Source of the DNA: Nemertoderma westbladi
Lineage: Eukaryota > Animalia > Xenacoelomorpha
Assembly: GCA_032718475.1 (NCBI GenBank)
Contig: JAUCBJ010004059.1
Coordinates: 1 to 64,000, forward strand
Direction: 5' to 3'
DNA: 64,000 nt
Below the pieces are notes generated by a model, which saw nothing but the letters and a program-made list of their open reading frames with translations, was not told the origin of the DNA and did not search any database. The translations under genes and the position numbers were made by a program. Every line of letters starts with the position of its first letter. Position 1 is the stretch's first letter. Below are positions 10,865 through 22,060 of the stretch, in pieces.

Positions 10865-13720
10865 TCAATCGAATCTATTAAAATGACAATGTTCTAACAA
10901 ATTACAAGTATTAAGTTTGTCACAAAAGGACTTAACACTTACTGCTTCGACTACGTCACTGGGAAGTGAGTTCCATATTGGCACTACTCTATTGGCAAAC
11001 GAATGTTTAAATACATCAACTCTATATGAAGACATATAGAGTTTACTTATGTGTCCTCTCAGACTACTTCTGTACACACTTGCGTAGGTGAAAAAATCAT
11101 GAAAATCCAAATCAACCAGATTACGTTCTATATTGTATACCATTTTTAAATCAAAAACGATACGACGCATCTCTAAGGGCTGTAAATTAAGGTAATCTAG
11201 CCTTTCCATATAGCTTATATACGATAAACTGCACCGCGCAAAAAGCCTTCGAGTAAAATATCTCTGTACGCGTTCTATGAGGTCGATGTTATACATCTGA
11301 TATGGGGACCAGATAACGGTACAGTATTCGACTAAGGGTCGAACAAAGGCCTTATACGCTGTTACCAAAGCACTAACAGAGCTAGTGTAAAAAGAACGAA
11401 AAATCATGTTAATGATCTTAAACGCTTTTTTTACACGCTCTTTACAATATAACGAAAATTTCAGGTCATCACATATCGTAATGCCCAGATCCTTAAAACT
11501 TCTAACAGCTTCTAGTTTCGTATTGTTTAGGTAATAAGACGGCTTCAAATTTTTACCACCAATATTAAGTACTTTACATTTATGCGGTGCAACTGGTAGT
11601 TGCCAGGTATCAGACCACAAGTTAAGTGTAGTCAACGCATTGGATAAAAAGGAGGAGTCTATGTTACAACTATACAACTTTATATCATCTGCATATAATT
11701 TACAATGCACTGAATCAAGCAATGGAGGAAGATCATTGATATACAACACAAACAAAACAGGTCCAATGACACTTCCTTGAGGTGTACCCGAAGGTACATT
11801 ACGGTAATTAGATAAGCTATTACCTACCATAACACGCTGAGTGCGGTCAGTTAGGAAAGCTTTCAACCAAGCATACAAGTTTCCCACTATACCATATCCA
11901 GCAAGTTTGCACATAAGCTTCGCATGAACTACTTGGTCGAATGCTTTTGCGAAGTCCACATATAAAACATCTACTTGTAATTTTTTGTCTACATATTTGC
12001 ACCAATCATGAGTACATTCCAATAACTGGGTAGCGGTAGAACGGCGCTTCATAAACCCGTGTTGGGCGCGAGATATTAATTTATGCTCTAGTAGATATAC
12101 TAGTAATTCATTCTTAATTAAAGATTCCATAATCTTGCAGGCCACGCATGTTAACGATACGGGCCTATAATTATACGGGTTAGAAGCGTCGTCCTTTTTG
12201 TAAATGGGCACAATAATAGCTGTAAGCCAAATTCTAGGTAAAGCATGTGTGCAAAAAGAAACCTCAAAAATATGGGAAAGTGGTGTAGCCAAAGACTGAG
12301 CTAATTCGAAAAATAAAATATTAGGAAAACCATCTGGGGTAGAACTAGTCTTTTTACCAAGTTGTTTTAATACTGGTAAAATCCTACTAGCACTAAAATC
12401 AATATTCCCTTTAGATATATTATCATTAACCCTAGAATTGAAAGGAGGTAAATCACCGTTATCTTTACTATAATTTTCCGATAATACCTTAGACATGATC
12501 CGAGCTTTTGTGGGGTCATCCACAATGATAGAGCCATTATATTTCAAGGGGGCAACACCAGTCTTATAATTCCGTTTAGAATTAACATATTTAAATATTG
12601 CATCAGGTTTCCCAGATGTTAAGATACGGTTTTCCCTGGCACAAGCAAATCTAAAAATTGCACGAGAAACTTCCTTTGAACACTTTTTATATTCATTATT
12701 ACCAGTGTCTGTGTGTCTGCGGCGCCAGAGCGCCTTTTTTTTACGTTGCAATGCTCTAATATGTTCTGGGTAATATTTATTTTTTCTAGTGGGGGCAATA
12801 CTTTTAAATGGGATAAATAACACAATACCATGTTTTAAAATAGATGCAAATGCGGACCAAAAATCATCGACTGTAATACATGTATTATACACTTCATACC
12901 AGTCAATCGAATCTAAGTATTCACAAAAGCTTTGAAATTTTCCATTTTTAAAATCATAGTAACCAATATTTTCATTTGAAATGGGCTGTTCAACACCACA
13001 TAGCTTAAAAAATACACATCCATCATGATCGGTACGTACTGGTGGATGAGACACCATGATATTTGAAACACAAAATTCATCAGTACAGAGTAAAATATCT
13101 AAAATGTTATCACCACGAGTTGGTTCGTGAACAAATTGGGTTAAGCCAGATTCTAAAATAAAATCACAATATAGTTCATAGTTTGCATTTTGAGGAAAAC
13201 TATATGTTTGCCAATTAACAAGCGGTAAATTAAAGTCACCTAGAAATACACAAGGGAAACCAATATCGCTCAGACTCGCTAAGCATGAACACAAGGCTTT
13301 ATCATAATCATATCCGGAATTAGGAGGGCGGTACACACAGACTATACGTGAAGGTGAACTACCCAAAAGATCGACAGCAATGACCTCGAGCGCGATATTG
13401 CCAGCAGTTGGAATTTGCACATTAACACATTTAATATTACTCCTTACCACAACGGCTAAACCACCATACCCATCATGTCTGTCTTTCCTAAATAACTGGT
13501 AAGAGTTACCTCTATTGTTCATCACCATTGCATCAGATACCGTATCGTTTAGCCATGTCTCAGTAATTCCAATAATTTCACAGTCTGTATTAGATAAAAA
13601 ATATTCAAAGTCAGGCAGTTTATTGCGTATTGACTGGCTGTTGAAAAAGCAGCAACTTATCAGACTGGAGGTTCCTTTACTAGCTTCCCCTCCTACAGGT
13701 TTCCCTGAATAGCAGAGGAG
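10865..13720 (-). CDS. LINE ORF2 (APE endonuclease plus reverse transcriptase); frame open from 13720, first ATG only at 13528
   Basis: Motifs FNSQSIRNK, IGITETWL, VYRPP, GDFN, TDH, NYRPVSLT, DFAKAFD, GTPQGS, YADD and KDLG, with no internal stops. Confidence 0.92.
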   Translation of the reverse strand, partial: LLCYSGKPVGGEASKGTSSLISCCFFNSQSIRNKLPDFEYFLSNTDCEIIGITETWLNDTVSDAMVMNNRGNSYQLFRKDRHDGYGGLAVVVRSNIKCVNVQIPTAGNIALEVIAVDLLGSSPSRIVCVYRPPNSGYDYDKALCSCLASLSDIGFPCVFLGDFNLPLVNWQTYSFPQNANYELYCDFILESGLTQFVHEPTRGDNILDILLCTDEFCVSNIMVSHPPVRTDHDGCVFFKLCGVEQPISNENIGYYDFKNGKFQSFCEYLDSIDWYEVYNTCITVDDFWSAFASILKHGIVLFIPFKSIAPTRKNKYYPEHIRALQRKKKALWRRRHTDTGNNEYKKCSKEVSRAIFRFACARENRILTSGKPDAIFKYVNSKRNYKTGVAPLKYNGSIIVDDPTKARIMSKVLSENYSKDNGDLPPFNSRVNDNISKGNIDFSASRILPVLKQLGKKTSSTPDGFPNILFFELAQSLATPLSHIFEVSFCTHALPRIWLTAIIVPIYKKDDASNPYNYRPVSLTCVACKIMESLIKNELLVYLLEHKLISRAQHGFMKRRSTATQLLECTHDWCKYVDKKLQVDVLYVDFAKAFDQVVHAKLMCKLAGYGIVGNLYAWLKAFLTDRTQRVMVGNSLSNYRNVPSGTPQGSVIGPVLFVLYINDLPPLLDSVHCKLYADDIKLYSCNIDSSFLSNALTTLNLWSDTWQLPVAPHKCKVLNIGGKNLKPSYYLNNTKLEAVRSFKDLGITICDDLKFSLYCKERVKKAFKIINMIFRSFYTSSVSALVTAYKAFVRPLVEYCTVIWSPYQMYNIDLIERVQRYFTRRLFARCSLSYISYMERLDYLNLQPLEMRRIVFDLKMVYNIERNLVDLDFHDFFTYASVYRSSLRGHISKLYMSSYRVDVFKHSFANRVVPIWNSLPSDVVEAVSVKSFCDKLNTCNLLEHCHFNRFD

Positions 13721-14090
13721 TTACTGTCAATGTTCGATTGGAATGCAGGAGCCGTTGGAGACAGAGGTCGCTCATCACGCAGTTGGTTACCGTTGGTTAT
13801 ATTTTGTAAGGAGCCGATACTACTGCGAGGACGAGAGTTTCTTAGCGCCTGGCGGCGAAGAAACTGTTCTTCTGCTTGCAGCCGAGTAAAATCACGATCG
13901 ATAAATATTTCCCGGTAGTCTGTTGATTCCCTGAGCTTTCTTTTTTCCTTCATAATATTGTTCACAGAGCCTGCATCCTGTAGGCGTATGATGAATTTAG
14001 AAGGTTTACCCTCCCTTCCCCGTCTTCGCATTATTATACGGTCGAGGGCCTGTGTTTCCTGGAACTGCTCTGGAACTGCTATTAAATAAA
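13693..14090 (-). CDS. LINE ORF1 C-terminal part
   Basis: RRGREGKPSKFIIRL...KRKLR...IFIDRDFTRLQ resembles the RRM/CTD end of CR1/L2 ORF1 proteins. Confidence 0.7.
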
Positions 14091-14559
14091 TGATTTTTAA
14101 GACGGGATTGGAACTACGATTGAGATTTCTTGCACATGAGTTCATCAATTAGGAGTTCTAGACACGATGACCTCGAAAGCTCACGGACCGCTGGGATGAA
14201 CCGAGATGGAATAGTGGGAGAGTGCAATCAGATCCGCAGCAGATCTGGTGAAATGTGAGTGGACTGTGTTGCGTTTTTGAAATAGTTTGGAAAGTGCAAA
14301 AGTATATCTCATCTTCACCCTAGAAAATAGTTCCGTGGTTTAAATTTCATGATCATACAGCTGATTAGCAGTACCTTGCTCATCCAATATCATCATCTTG
14401 AGCTGTGTATGAATAATGAGAGAGGCTTTCAGACATCCACTGGCGATCACATATGTCACTGTTCTAATGTAATTAATGTAAAGTACTCGTCCCCACAATG
14501 TCCTAGTCAACTGTTCTTATATATAAGCTAGGACATGACTGGCATTCACTAACAGAATG

Positions 14560-15050
14560 TGTTAATTTCCTCGCCCATGCCGAAGATATAGACGAGGCAA
14601 CCTATGTATTTGAACTTGTTTCCTGCATGCTTATTACTACCAAACTCAACTAACTCGAACTCTTTCTCAGATTGTGCTTCTCATGATCTACGAATTGTAC
14701 CTGGCCGCCTAGTATTCATACCGGTATTGGTAGATGTATCAAATCGAACATTATAAATACCTTTCCCTTTCAGCTGGGACATCTCAGAGCAACTCGGCCC
14801 CCTGTCTGATGCCCGAATTAATTCCAGCGATTGTTAAATCTTTATCTTTACATTGTACAAATTTTCTACTGCCAACCACATAATACTTCCCGTTTCATTC
14901 CAAATTCTCCGATAAACACAGCACATTTAGCCAGATGGTTTCCTTTTCATTACCCGCTTTTTTTAATGTTTTCTTTGTGTGCTTTGCAGCCAACTTTCGT
15001 TAAAATTCTGTCACAAGAACTTCTTCATCCGGGAGATGTCGCTTTGCCAT
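14560..15050 (-). pseudogene. Highly decayed LINE reverse transcriptase fragment
   Basis: Scattered minus-strand motifs SGIRQG and FKYIG. Confidence 0.35.
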
Positions 15051-17244
15051 TGTGTATATTCATTACAATACTAATTATATTAGATTCACATTCTGACAAA
15101 CAATATTCAGATATTACAATATCAGTAGGTAGGCCTACACTTTGTACAGCTCTATCTCTATCTGTATTTAATTAATTGCTTACTGACAGCAATATGGAGA
15201 ACGGTAAGTAAACAGTAAATGAATGTTCTGATGGCAGGACCAGGACAGCATAGGAATTGCAGAATTGAATTATATTACAGTACAGAATCAGTCCGGCACC
15301 GCCAGACCGCTGCGCCATGACATGAGAGTAAAAACGCAAGCACTCAGTTTCTGCACATCCAATAATATTGCTGTGTTATAAATGCTTTCAGTTGGTATGG
15401 GGCTGTTCTGTCTGTCTGTTTGATAGGTTGTGATTGCTTGCTAATCATAGCCAGCATTAAATGCACTAAATCAACCATGTGTATACATACTGAGGAGTCA
15501 ATACGTTTCTCAAGAGGCATCATGGGGGGGGGGGGGGGGGTAGTCGCAAAACCTATCTTGGCCAATTACAAGCGCGGCCCGACGAATTAAAATGATAATT
15601 ATTAAGTGAGCGAAAGGAGCAGGTTGCTGTGTCAGGATAATGGATAGAATAATAATGATTTTTATAACATACTATATTTATTATTTATTTTGAAGTAAAG
15701 ATTAAGATATAAGAAGGTAAAAGAGCACAAAACGGCCGATATGTATAACCAATAATAATCAATAATACAATCATATCTATTCTACTTCATTCCTGCATTA
15801 TCTCAGTTAACTTAAGTACATTCCGGCATTCTTTCATTATTACAGTCAGTCACTGCAAACAATCACTCATTAGGGAAGTTGGTTAGCGTTAGAGTACATA
15901 GAGCCACCGGCAGACCACTAATATTTAAATGTAAACTCCTAAGTTACATTGAGTGCTTGTTGATAACAACCAATCAAACGGAGCCTCCCCATAACCACTG
16001 AAAGCATTCATAAACAGGCAATATTATTGGATGTTCACAAAATGAGTGCTTGCGTTTTTACTCACATCTTCCACAGTGTACACTGCACGGCACACTGTAC
16101 ATGTACTTTTACAGTGTACAACTGCGGCTGTAGTTTTGCACTGTCAGACTGTCATATTATGAAAGGAGCTAGCCATGGTAGGCTTCATGGTGTAAAAATA
16201 ATTACCCATATTACAGGATACAGTATGTACCGCACCATCTTCTGTGAAAGTTTTTACAGAGGCGGGTATTTTAATCAAAACAATAATAATAAGTAATATA
16301 ATAAGTAATAAATAATAATAAGTAATAAATTTGTCAACTATAAACTATAGCTATAAACTAACATTACAAATTAATTCTAGTTTTTCAGACATGCTCCCAT
16401 GGGCAGGGCACGACAGGTGGTCTGTCATGTTTATAATTGCCATTGGTGAGACATCATCTTAAATCTGATGGTACCCTGAAAGTATACACGTTATGTAATT
16501 AATACACAGTAATTTTATCGGAAACTTATAATGTGACGTCACGATATTGCGGACACCCTCCCCTCATCCTTCCCCCTCCCCTTGCTCCCCTCGTCACAAA
16601 TCGTCACGAAATTTCTATCAAACCCCTCCCCCCTTTCCAGCGTGACGTCATTTATGGATGGCCCCTTCCCCTTAGTGTGTATTCCTGTATTCAATGATTA
16701 AACAGATTTGAATTTACCGCCAAAATATAGGTGGCAGATCTGATCTGCCACCATGTCCAATACAAATTACGTGTCTTTCAATCATTTGAATTTCCCGGGC
16801 TATGGGCTATGGTGCAGGGTGGCACCTTTTATGGACTTGTCTATTTAAAGTGGTGGCAAAAAAAGTGGTTTTGTCGAGCGATATGACGAGCTTGGCGAGA
16901 CTAATAAGAAAACAAGATAAAAAATGTCACTCGTTTTGCAACTACTTATATACGTCGTTTTATTTGTTGTAAGTCTTCTAACTTTTATCTGATCCTATTT
17001 CCGCATAAATATCGTCAATCGAAGCTTCTTCTATAGTAAAAGTAGCGCTTGATTCTATAAGGTTTGATCCAAACATTAATTTTGACTAAACTTGCCACTT
17101 AGTACTTTGTTCCAGAATAGCGTCGAGTAATTATATAGTCATATTTGGTATTATTGGTCTAATCTGTATCCCATTTAATCAATCTAATTTCGAAATAAGC
17201 GGATTTATTAAATTAATTATTGTTGCTGCTGTTACTTTGTTCAG

Positions 17245-17967
17245 GTGACAACGGAACAAATCCAGGAGTTCTTCGAGCAGTACGGCGACCTTGAAGATGT
17301 TTACATCCCCCGTAATCCGTTCCGGCACTGCGCCTTCGTCACATTCAAACGCACGGAGGTGGCCCACAGTCTGGTTAACCAACAGTTCGAGATCATAGAT
17401 GGAGTCAGAGTGTCCACATCGGTGGCCGAGCCCAAGGGGTCGAAGAGGCTGCGGGGAGGCGAGAGGGAGGTTCGAGGGTCGATGGGTAGGAGGGGCGGTT
17501 ACTACGGAGGAGGGGGGTTCGATATGGGTCCGTCTCCTGGAGGGTACCACGGAGGGTACTCATCACAGTACAGTGGAGGGGGAGGCTACGGTGGCCCCTC
17601 TGGTGGGGGCTATGGGGGCCCCTCCGGTGGCGGATATGGTGGCCGCTCCGGTGGGGGATACGGCTCATCCGGTGGAGGATATGGGTCCTCCGGTGGAGGG
17701 TATGCAGGTTCTACCGGGGGAAGTTTTGGAGGCTCTTCCGGGCTATCTTCCGGTGGTTTCGGTGGCGGTAGTTCTTCCTTCAACGCGCCTGCCGACTCAG
17801 ATGTCAGTGCGGTGGTGAATCAGCTGACCCAGAAAGCCAATGTTAACCCACAGGTATTGCACCATTTGAAAGCTTTAATGTCTCTAACGGGTGATGGTGG
17901 TAGCGGTGGTGGTAGAATGCCTGCAACCAATGGAAACGCGGGATCAGGGGGCTGGTCTAATAAGTGA
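17245..17967 (+). CDS. TARDBP: TDP-43 exon 2 (RRM2 and Gly/Tyr-rich low-complexity tail); spliced protein about 451 aa
   Basis: Acceptor TTTGTTCAG|GTG. EFFEQYGDLEDVYIPRNPFRHCAFVTF continues RRM2 in phase with exon 1. Confidence 0.92.
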   Translation: MTTEQIQEFFEQYGDLEDVYIPRNPFRHCAFVTFKRTEVAHSLVNQQFEIIDGVRVSTSVAEPKGSKRLRGGEREVRGSMGRRGGYYGGGGFDMGPSPGGYHGGYSSQYSGGGGYGGPSGGGYGGPSGGGYGGRSGGGYGSSGGGYGSSGGGYAGSTGGSFGGSSGLSSGGFGGGSSSFNAPADSDVSAVVNQLTQKANVNPQVLHHLKALMSLTGDGGSGGGRMPATNGNAGSGGWSNK

Positions 17968-18616
17968 GAATGTGAATGTGACGTCATGCTGGGCTTATTT
18001 GAGCCAATCAGAGTATAGAGACAGAGTCAATCAGTGGAACTTCGTCTACAATTAGCTGTGTATTAGATGAGTCTTTCAGTGTAACTTTCACTCAACTGTC
18101 TGTCTGTGTATCTGGTTTTATACCGGTACTTTTATATGTTCATTGTGTCAGAATATCAGATTTGTCATTCGAATTTGGTTGTTTTTATTGATTGTGCGAT
18201 CGATTATATTTCGGCGTAGTATTGTGACGCGTTTATTTCGCATTATTGGAGTGCCGGAATGTGTTGCGTTTATTGGTCCCGTTCAGTTTAATTCTGTGGG
18301 GAAAAATATTCCCTAAAATGTAACAAGCGGAGAAATTCAAGGCGCTGAGCTCATAGGTTATTGGTATTCCCATTACACTAGCTGTGTGTTATTCATCAAA
18401 TATATCAATATAAATTGAGTCTGAGCTGATCGGTCATAAACATATTATACGATCAAACGTTAGGAACAAAACTGTTCTGCCGTAGCGAACAATGTATTGA
18501 ATGATGTAACAAGATCCAGATCATCATTGTCTTGTGCTTGTCCAACCCCAAGTATAAATATGTATACTTATACGGCTATAATATCTACCAACCCCATAAA
18601 TACTTTATTTTTATCA

Positions 18617-19092
18617 TACCGGGGCGGTGCTAGCTTCTGGGCGGCGTCGAGCTAGCTACTGGGCGGCGTCGAGCTATAGCTACCGGGGCGGCTCAGTGCT
18701 AGCTACCGGGGGGCGGCCCCGAGCTATAGCTACCGCGCTACCGGGGTAGCCTCGAGCTAGCTACCGGGGTGATGCTAGCTACAAGGGCGGCTCAGTGCCA
18801 GCTACCGGGGGCGGCCCCGAGCTATAGCTACCGCGCTACCGGGGTAGCCTCGAGCTAGCTACCGGGGCGGTGCTTGCTACCGGGGGCGGCCCCGAGCTAT
18901 AGCTACCGGGGTGGCCTCCAGCTAGCTACCAGGGGCGGCCCCGAGCTATAGCTACCGGGGTGGCCTCGAGCTAGCTACCGGGGCGGTGCTTGCTACCGGG
19001 GGCGGCCCCGAGCTATCGCTACCGGGGTGGCCTCGAGCTAGCTACCGGGGCGGTGCTAGCTACTGGGGCGGCCCCGTGCCAGCTACCGAGCT
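18617..19092. repeat. GC-rich imperfect tandem repeat built from GCTAGCTACCGGGG and GAGCTATAGCTAC blocks
   Basis: Directly visible repeated palindromic blocks. Confidence 0.85.
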
Positions 19093-19407
19093 ACCAAATC
19101 CAATCTCCTTCCGTTCAAAGTTAAATGTAGAATCCGGATCCGTGTTTTACTCTGACCCGATTTGGGATGAATATCTGCAACATATTGTGATTGATGGAAC
19201 AGTATCAATTTTAGATTTTCCATTTATTAATTTCTAGATTAACGAGAGACTCTCATTTTTTATACGCTTGTAGGAGGTAGGTGTAGGTTTGAAAGCAAAA
19301 ATACAAACAACCCTGACTCACCTTCACTTCCAGCGTGATTAAGAGCTTGAAAGCAGATTCAAATAAAAGATTGCAAAATTGTCAAAATTTTCGAAATCTA
19401 AATTTGA

Positions 19408-20034
19408 TTTGAGTGTATACCGTTATTAAGGTGGCACCTATTTGAGTGTATACCGTTATTAAGGTGGCACCTATTTGAGTGTATGCCGTTATTAAGGTGG
19501 CACCTATTTGAGTGTATACCGTTATTAAGGTGGCACCTATTTGAGTGTATACCGTTATTAAGGTGGCACCTATTTGAGTGTATGCCGTTATTAAGGTGGC
19601 ACCTATTTGAGTGTATAGCGTTATTAAGGTGGCACCTATTTGAGTGTATACCGTTATTAAGGTGGCACCTATTTGAGTGTATACCGTTATTTAGGTGGCA
19701 CCTATTTGAGTGTATGCCGTTATTAAGGTGGCACCTATTTGAGTGTATACCGTTATTAAGGTGGCACCTATTTGAGTGTATACCGTTATTAAGGTGGCAC
19801 CTATTTGAGTGTATACCGTTATTTAGGTGGCACCTATTTGAGTATATACCGTTATTAAGGTGGCACCTATTTGAGTGTATGCCGTTATTAAGGTGGCACC
19901 TATTTGAGTGTATACCGTTATTAAGGTGGCACCTATTTGAGTGTATACCGTTATTAAGGTGGCACCTATTTGAGTGTATACCGTTATTAAGGTGGCACCT
20001 ATTTGAGTGTATACCGTTATTAAGGTGGCACCTA
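19408..20034. repeat. 33-bp minisatellite, 19 copies
   Basis: Unit TTTGAGTGTATACCGTTATTAAGGTGGCACCTA; 627 bp equals 19 x 33; no spacers. Confidence 0.95.
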
Positions 20035-21844
20035 CTTTCATGGGGTAAATGTTATTTTTCCGTTATTAGAAAAAAGCAGAAGGTTTATTCCCTAACTTCC
20101 TCCCTGAAATAATATCAATTACGCGAAAATACCTGAATTTTATGTTCATCCTTAATAAGTATGATAAATATGATGGCGTTCCAAGTAGAAATTTTGGGTA
20201 GGCCTGGGTCACACATGGTTTCAACTAAAATATAGAACACGTCATTGTACCCTGTGGAGACGTTCACACAAACAGTCAACTTTCAACTTTTCTAGCATTG
20301 ATTGACAGAAGAAGTAAAAACTATCTTATAAATCGAATATTGTTCTACTCATTTATAGTTGGTCTATTGCAATATAGGCAATGTATTGTATGAGCTGAAT
20401 ATTGAATGATTATGTGAACCGGGACGTGTGTGACCCGGTATTTAGATAGATCTGACATTTGGAATTTGATATATAATATGAAAAGTGCTAGTTGAGAAAA
20501 AGGCGAAAGTTTAGTGTACTTGTTTCAAAAGTTACCATGTATCTCAGAATCCTCTAATACTTCTCAGATTATTAATTAATGTTAATTAGCGGTAAATCGG
20601 TATGTTACTGTTAGCCTAATTGGACAATCTTCTATGATTTAGAAAATGGAAATTTTTAGCGAAAATTGCAAGAGGTAAAAAAAAATCGCGTGAACTGCTA
20701 TTTCCAAAAGATCTGTTTGGCACTACAATTTTCAACCAAGATTTTTGGATTCATCATAAAATTTTGGTTGGGAGATTTTGATTTTTATTTTTTGGGTGCC
20801 AATTGGGTACGTGTATGAAAAACCCATGAAACCTAAAATGTATTGATCTTAGAATCCCCTTTTTTCTAAAGTGCCCCATTCATTGAGACGTTGTCCGGCA
20901 TCTCGAGAACTAAGCATTGGTTGAGATTGTAGATTGTGATTTATTTCTTTTTCAAATCGAATGGTTTGTCTCCCGATTTGTGGTCTGTTATCAAATCTTA
21001 TTCCCTAAGCAGAGCGACCTATTAATTAATTGTATTTAGCATCGACGGGAATACCAGAGATGTAAGAGTATCAACAGCTCCTGTGTCGATGGATTTGGTG
21101 GATAGCGTATGCTTAAAACTGCATGTCATTGCGATTCATGAGATGATCTATCTCTGGTACCGGTACCGGTACCGGTACCGTATAGTTTGGATTGCGAGTT
21201 AAATCAACGCGGCAATAATTTGTGAACGAACTGAACGGACTCGTGTATCATATAGCGAAGCAGCGCGGTTGGAATCAATTCACAACGGTGTAAGAAGTAT
21301 TGAGGGATTATCAGCAGTATATTTGTTACAGTGAAGAAGTATATGTCACGGGTGTAATAAAGTTGAGAATAATAAACAACGGGTTTAATAAGTGAAGTGG
21401 TGAGTTATTTCGGATGTGTTTCTACAACTACAAAGTATCGTTTACCATGGTTAGTTAGTGCGTCTGTCTGTGTTTATGTAGAGTAGAACCTCCTAACTTT
21501 GTACCGGTAAATAACAATACAATCGTTTATTGTTAAAGATTGCTTATTTACTTCATAATGCATTTTGTTATTAATTGCATTATTCGTAGATAAACTATTC
21601 GAAACTATACAATTTTTGTTCTTCTTTTTTATTATTTTATCTTTATTCTTTATTTTTGTTTTTTATTGAAACTTTAAAATGGACCTATTTGTTTGGATAT
21701 ATTTAATTGGACCAATTAAAACCTCAGCTTCTGGAGTCGTCTATAAAAAAAATATATAAAAATAAAATAAATTTCCTTAAATTATATTACATAATAGCCC
21801 CAGAAGATAGCCCCCCTTTACCCTACTGTATCAGTATCAACCCA

Positions 21845-22060
21845 TATTGTCAAAAAGGCCCGCAACAGTAGAATCCACGGTGCCCGGAATGGGGGCGGCG
21901 TTCCCGCTAAGAATGGCGATTAGGATACGCTGGAGGAGGGCTGGGCTCCATAGTTACGGCGTAGAGCTTCCGGCCGACCTCCTCCAGGAAGCAGACGGTT
22001 TCAGGGCCATGTTGGTGGAGGTTTTGGCGGCCTCCGCTTCCTCCGCCACTCGGCCTTCTT
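21845..22060 (-). mobile_element. 3' fragment of a restriction-like-endonuclease (CRE-like) non-LTR retrotransposon
   Basis: Minus-strand GPETVCFLEEVGRKL...LQRILIAILSGNAAPIPGT resembles the QRLS+A+QRGNA C-terminus of such elements. Confidence 0.55.

Larger units (their letters stand above)
10468..14090 (-). mobile_element. CR1/L2-group LINE, 5'-truncated within ORF1, with (TTCAA)n tail
   Basis: ORF1 remnant, intact ORF2, AT-rich 3' UTR with AATAAA, and (TTCAA)n at 10490-10468. The 5' boundary is approximate. Confidence 0.85.
10208..16842. mobile_element. Pair of inverted repeats bracketing most of the TARDBP intron; possibly ends of a decayed TTAA-type (Kolobok-like) DNA transposon
   Basis: TTAA-AGACAAGTCCCTAAAAGGTGCCACCCTG (10204-10300) versus CAGGGTGGCACCTTTTATGGACTTGTCT (16706-16842). 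Confidence 0.5.

Noticed and set aside
16531-16670. CRE/ATF-like TGACGTCA regulatory sites in the TARDBP intron
   Set aside because: The context CGTGACGTCATTTATGGATGGCCCCT looks like a lone MITE terminus, and there is no evidence of regulatory function.
19483-20112. 209-aa (IPLLRWHLFEC)n ORF
   Set aside because: It is the translation of the 33-bp minisatellite.
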